DNA of 21,708 bases from NCBI GenBank assembly GCA_035297365.1, contig DATGZA010000008.1:1-21708 (forward strand). The letters run 5' to 3'. Numbering within the stretch: the first letter of the stretch is position 1; each line of letters begins with the position of its first letter. Of this stretch, positions 18,060-21,708 are shown piece after piece. A model generated the notes under the pieces. The model searched no databases. It was not told where the DNA came from and saw nothing but the letters and a program-made list of their open reading frames with translations. The position numbers and the translations under genes are program-made. Origin of the DNA: Nitrososphaeraceae archaeon. GTDB lineage: Archaea; Thermoproteota; Nitrososphaeria; Nitrososphaerales; Nitrososphaeraceae.

Positions 18060-18653
18060 ATGTCTAAAATTCATAACTCAAAAAGTTCAACTAATCTTAG
18101 TCCTTTTACACAACTAATATCAGATTTTAAAGGAAAAAATATTCCTGATGAACAGATTCAAGCTGATTACAATAACACTCTAAATTATCCTAATAATTAC
18201 TTTGTAGCACCTGATAGCTGGCATGAAAGTTTTTATACGACATCAAGAAAAAATATGCTTTTACTAAGTAAAGGACTAGAAAATATTTTACGCATAAAAC
18301 CACCATTTAATAAATTTGTCCTGTTATCTCTATTTCAAAGGATAAGTAATTTTAATTCTGTAGCAGAACAATATGCTACTATTTCTCCATTATCTAAAAA
18401 AACATATTTGATAGGAGGAAAGGGATTGGCGCAAGGAATAAATTTATCAAATGTTGAGATCATAGACTTTACAGATTCAGGGCTAGAAAACAATTGGGTC
18501 ATTATAGCTATTGCCAGTGATGAAGGATGTGCTTTAGTTGCCGAAGAGTTTAAGCCAGGCCGATATAGAGGATTCTTTACGACTAATAGAAATCTTACAA
18601 ATAGATGTTTGATTATTTTAAGAGAGTTATTAAATATTGAAGTTGAGATTTGA
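18060..18653 (+). CDS. Stand-alone DICT sensory domain protein
   Basis: SRKNMLLLSKGLE, SLFQRISNF...EQYATI, LENNWVIIA...ALVAEE...RYRGFFT.N pattern matches the DICT domain consensus. Confidence 0.75.
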   Translation: MSKIHNSKSSTNLSPFTQLISDFKGKNIPDEQIQADYNNTLNYPNNYFVAPDSWHESFYTTSRKNMLLLSKGLENILRIKPPFNKFVLLSLFQRISNFNSVAEQYATISPLSKKTYLIGGKGLAQGINLSNVEIIDFTDSGLENNWVIIAIASDEGCALVAEEFKPGRYRGFFTTNRNLTNRCLIILRELLNIEVEI

Positions 18654-18757
18654 AAATATATATTAATTATGTATTTCCATAGATGGGTAACCCATTCACT
18701 TAACAAAATGAGTGACAGTTTTTATGTGCTTGACTATGTAGTTATTCTTATAACTAT

Positions 18758-19130
18758 TTAATCTTCTTTCATGAGAAACATTTCATAGTGTGCTAGACCA
18801 TCGATGTCACCATGTTCTCTTTCTTCATTGTGTGTTTCTACCAAACACGTAATATCCTCTCTTTCATTATTCTCTTTCATCAATATTTTCCACTACTAAA
18901 AATTCATTTTTCGATATCTCTTTTGTAACTCTATTGGATTATTTTATGACATTCTTTTTCAGAAAAAGCCTTAATATTTACAATGCAAAATGTTTGGCAT
19001 TGTCATGAAATACCTTGTGAGTTTTACCATTTTCTACTATGTACTCTCTAAGTACGCCTAGTACATTCACATTTCTTTTTCTTTCGGAATAAGAACTTGC
19101 TATTTTCATTGAACAATCATTTACAATTAC
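18758..19130 (-). mobile_element. Degenerate IS transposase remnant (rve integrase core, IS481/IS3-like DDE)
   Basis: Manual translation: VIVNDCSMKIASSYSERKRNVNVLGVLREYIVENGKTHKVFHDNAKHFAL*ILRLFLKKNVIK*...KNEFLVVE, then in a shifted frame THNEEREHGDIDGLAHYEMF. These correspond to the DDCS, HDNGxQF and YNxxRxHxxIxGxTP motifs of the rve core. Stops at 18978-18980 and 18939-18941. Confidence 0.75.
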
Positions 19131-19596
19131 TTGTCTTTTTATAAGAAAACATTCTCACAGTTTTATCAAATATTTAAAAAATACCCAACCTATTAAAGAA
19201 AAAGATTCACATTGTAATGTTATAACTGATTTTATCTGTAATCGATACCTTGGCTCAAGATATTCTTACAGATTGGTAAACTTTATTCGAAGTAATTCCC
19301 CTCACCATTGATAGAGACATTCAGCTCTTTCAACATCATTAAGGAGCAATTGAAGAAATATAAAATTCAGCTTTTCGCATAAAAGTAAAATAAACAATAA
19401 AAAATGAGAAATTTATAAAGTGCTAGGAAACAATTATTTTAAGACACAAATTTCTAAAAAGCTAAGATCTGTATCTTGCTTTTTTCCTTTTTACCATCAT
19501 ACTTTGCTTTACATCTTTCTCTCTACCTTATCTCTTGCTCTATTGTTATCAGAGGTAAATCAAATTTATTACTGTAGTATTTGATCTATTTTAAGG

Positions 19597-20190
19597 ATGA
19601 ATGCAACACAGAACCTCAAGAATGACCATATTACGATAAGAAGAGTCAAAGACATTGCTCAAAAATGTTCAGACAAATTATATGCAAACCAATACGTACC
19701 AATAGAGGATATAGAAATTATTTCTGTAATAATAGAAGAATTTGTAGATCATTTCCATCATGGAAAGGAAGAGAAAGCATATTTTCCAGATACAAAAGAT
19801 AAGAATGGATTCGCAGAAGATGTCCGAAAATTCTTGATTGAACATGAATTTGGAAGAAGAGTAGCAACTATGTTAAGAAGAGAATTAAATGAATGGAAAA
19901 GCAAGATCCAAGAAGCATCACAGGCAACAAATAAATACGATACCACAACCATGGAGCCAGTAGCCAGATTCTTAAGATCATACGCAATATTTATCGATGA
20001 TCATACAGGAAAAGAGGATAAATTCTTTGACCTGGTAGATAAAAGAAACGTAATATCAGATAAGGAAAACGAAATGTTATTGAAGCATTATGAGATATGC
20101 AAAAATCAAGCTGGGGGCGACGCAAGAATGCAAGAAATGATAATACTTATTCAATACTTGGAAGAAAGAGAATGGATGAAAAATAAATAA
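19597..20190 (+). CDS. Hemerythrin/HHE cation-binding domain protein
   Basis: L..DH, HHGKEEKAYFP, IEHEFGR, DHTGKEDKFF: two H...HxxxE repeats. Confidence 0.9.
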   Translation: MNATQNLKNDHITIRRVKDIAQKCSDKLYANQYVPIEDIEIISVIIEEFVDHFHHGKEEKAYFPDTKDKNGFAEDVRKFLIEHEFGRRVATMLRRELNEWKSKIQEASQATNKYDTTTMEPVARFLRSYAIFIDDHTGKEDKFFDLVDKRNVISDKENEMLLKHYEICKNQAGGDARMQEMIILIQYLEEREWMKNK

Positions 20191-20755
20191 ATAAATAATA
20201 AATGAAAAAAGAGCTATAGGTAAATCATGAGCACAGGATTAAGGGGGTACCGATGATGTTGTTGTATTCTCTTTGGTTTTATAAAAATAGTTAGGAATAA
20301 AGAGGATTGTTATTGTGTCTGTTGTTTTTTATTTCTTTAACTCAAGTAATTCTCCTATACAAGTATTGTGGCAGAATATGTTACTTGTTCTTCGTTCGTT
20401 GGATGGATATTGCGATCTGCAATAAAGGATATTACATCTTGACTATTCTCTTGCATAGAAATATTTTACAATTTGTCAAGTTCAGCAACTATTTGCTTTG
20501 TACTTATTATCCTAAGTTTAGTTGTCTAAAAGATACAATTTCGTATTATTACAGAACAACAAGATTCGATCTGGATATGGTAAAGTATAATGAATAATAG
20601 CTTAGAAAAATTATGTTACACAGTATATATTACTAAAGAATACCAAGATTTGTAAATTTTTAATTGTTAAATTCAATATTTTTTTTGTTTATTAAATTGA
20701 TTTCAATAACTTTAAATTTCATCATTTGTAATATCCCAAAATTCTATCCAGTAAA

Positions 20756-21207
20756 CTACCACTTGACTCTTGTTTTTTTATCTCTAACTTTTAGATCAAA
20801 GTTTGCTGTTATTGGACTTGACTCATACTTTGGATCACCACTTATTTTTGTTAATAAGGATACGACATAATCTCCTTCATTATGGAATATATATGGTATA
20901 CTGAGGTCACTAATGCATAAAATTTAAATGGTATTTGAGATATTATCGAACCATTTTTTTTGTTTGAAATAATAACAGAAGAGAAAATATTAAGATCCTC
21001 AACTTTATCCACAATATTGAAATTTAGGAATGTAGTATTGTCACCTTTGATGGGTTCTTTTGGATAGGGTAAAAAAAATACTTTATACTTATCCATTTTT
21101 TTTACAACTACGTTTGGAGCATTGTCAGGTATATGAGAATTAACCATATGGAATTGTTGATGCTAAATACAAGTAAAAATATCAAAAAAAACAATTATTT
21201 TATACAT
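20756..21207 (-). pseudogene. Frameshifted secreted protein gene
   Basis: Adding 1 nt near 20912 turns ...PFKFYA into (F)SDLSIPYIFHNEGDYVVSLLTKISGDPKYESSPITANFDLKV...W* (TAG 20756-20758). The ATG at 21207 begins a signal-peptide-like MYKIIVF that is broken at an 8-T run and an in-frame TAG. Confidence 0.7.
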
Positions 21208-21327
21208 GAAAAAAATGTTAATTATTTTTTCAATATAAACCATAATAATATTTTAAAGATCCTCTCCATTTTCAAATCAGATCAGCAAAAGAAAGCTAAA
21301 AATATACATAACCGGTAAATTATTATC

Positions 21328-21708
21328 ACGAATAAAAACTATATTTTAATTTTTCTTTCATTCCTATCTCTTTCTGTTACCTTTTTTAGTGTGAACAATG
21401 TCACTGCTGAAGAAATTATCACAATAGTTCCTGGATCAAGTGATCAAAATAGGGAAAGATTCTTTGATATCACATATTATCCCGTAGAGGTCGGTACTTC
21501 ACTAACGTGGAATAACGCAGACAATATTTCACATGATATAGATATATCTCAAGATAATATAACATTCGCAAAATCTGGAAAAATCCCACCAAATGAAGCC
21601 TTTGAATATAAATTTGAACAACTAGGAACATTTACCTTCAGCTCTCCAAAATTTCCTTGGATGAAAGGTATAATTAAAGTTACAGATGATCTGGATAACG
21701 CTATAAAG
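21328..21708 (+). CDS. Secreted cupredoxin/plastocyanin-fold protein lacking Cu ligands (3'-truncated by window end)
   Basis: Open frame from 21319 to the window end: (T)NKNYILIFLSFLSLSVTFFSVNNVTA/EEIITIVPGS...VGTSLTWNNADNISH...SGKIPPNEAFEYKFEQLGTFTFSSPKFPWMKGIIKV. Absent from the ORF track. No ATG/GTG/TTG before the signal peptide (ACG at 21328). Confidence 0.75.

Noticed and set aside
18335-18706. 123-aa antisense ORF over the DICT gene (also 14779..15003 and 19758..19952)
   Set aside because: Antisense shadows of genes with recognisable domains.
18758-18880. 40-aa ORF MKENNEREDITCLVETHNEEREHGDIDGLAHYEMFLMKED (minus strand) as a novel His/Cys small protein
   Set aside because: Better explained as the frameshifted C-terminal YNxxRxH part of the transposase remnant.
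20307-20870. ORFs 20307..20597 and 20664..20870 (plus strand)
   Set aside because: TTG starts and composition typical of AT-rich non-coding DNA. The second is antisense to the pseudogene tail.
21133-21318. 61-aa ORF in frame with the downstream cupredoxin (possible read-through)
   Set aside because: Low-complexity N/K/I sequence overlapping the divergent pseudogene start and promoter. The cupredoxin has its own signal peptide after the stop.

Overview
AT-rich archaeal accessory region. Gene families, TATA/BRE-type promoters about 25-35 nt upstream of the starts and oligo-T terminators point to a Nitrososphaeraceae (Nitrosocosmicus-like) ammonia-oxidising archaeon; this is inferred, not proven. 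The first 15 kb encodes almost only exported proteins: two paralogous Cys-type (CxPxR) AtsA-like arylsulfatases, a secreted HAD phosphatase, an SdsA1-type alkyl-sulfatase homolog with a degenerate metal and sulfate site, two Sec-exported RTX/GGxGxD Ca-binding proteins, a membrane-anchored surface protein and a charge-segregated Lys/Ser-repeat plus poly-Asp protein. Together these suggest an extracellular sulfate/phosphate-ester scavenging or matrix-remodelling island, with no sulfatase-maturation enzyme in the window. The right part has archaemetzincin, a conserved secreted hypothetical, a stand-alone DICT domain, a decayed rve/DDE transposase that the ORF track misses, a hemerythrin/HHE protein, a frameshifted secreted-protein pseudogene and a truncated cupredoxin-fold gene lacking its Cys/His copper ligands and a canonical start codon. 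No rRNA, tRNA or CRISPR array was seen.
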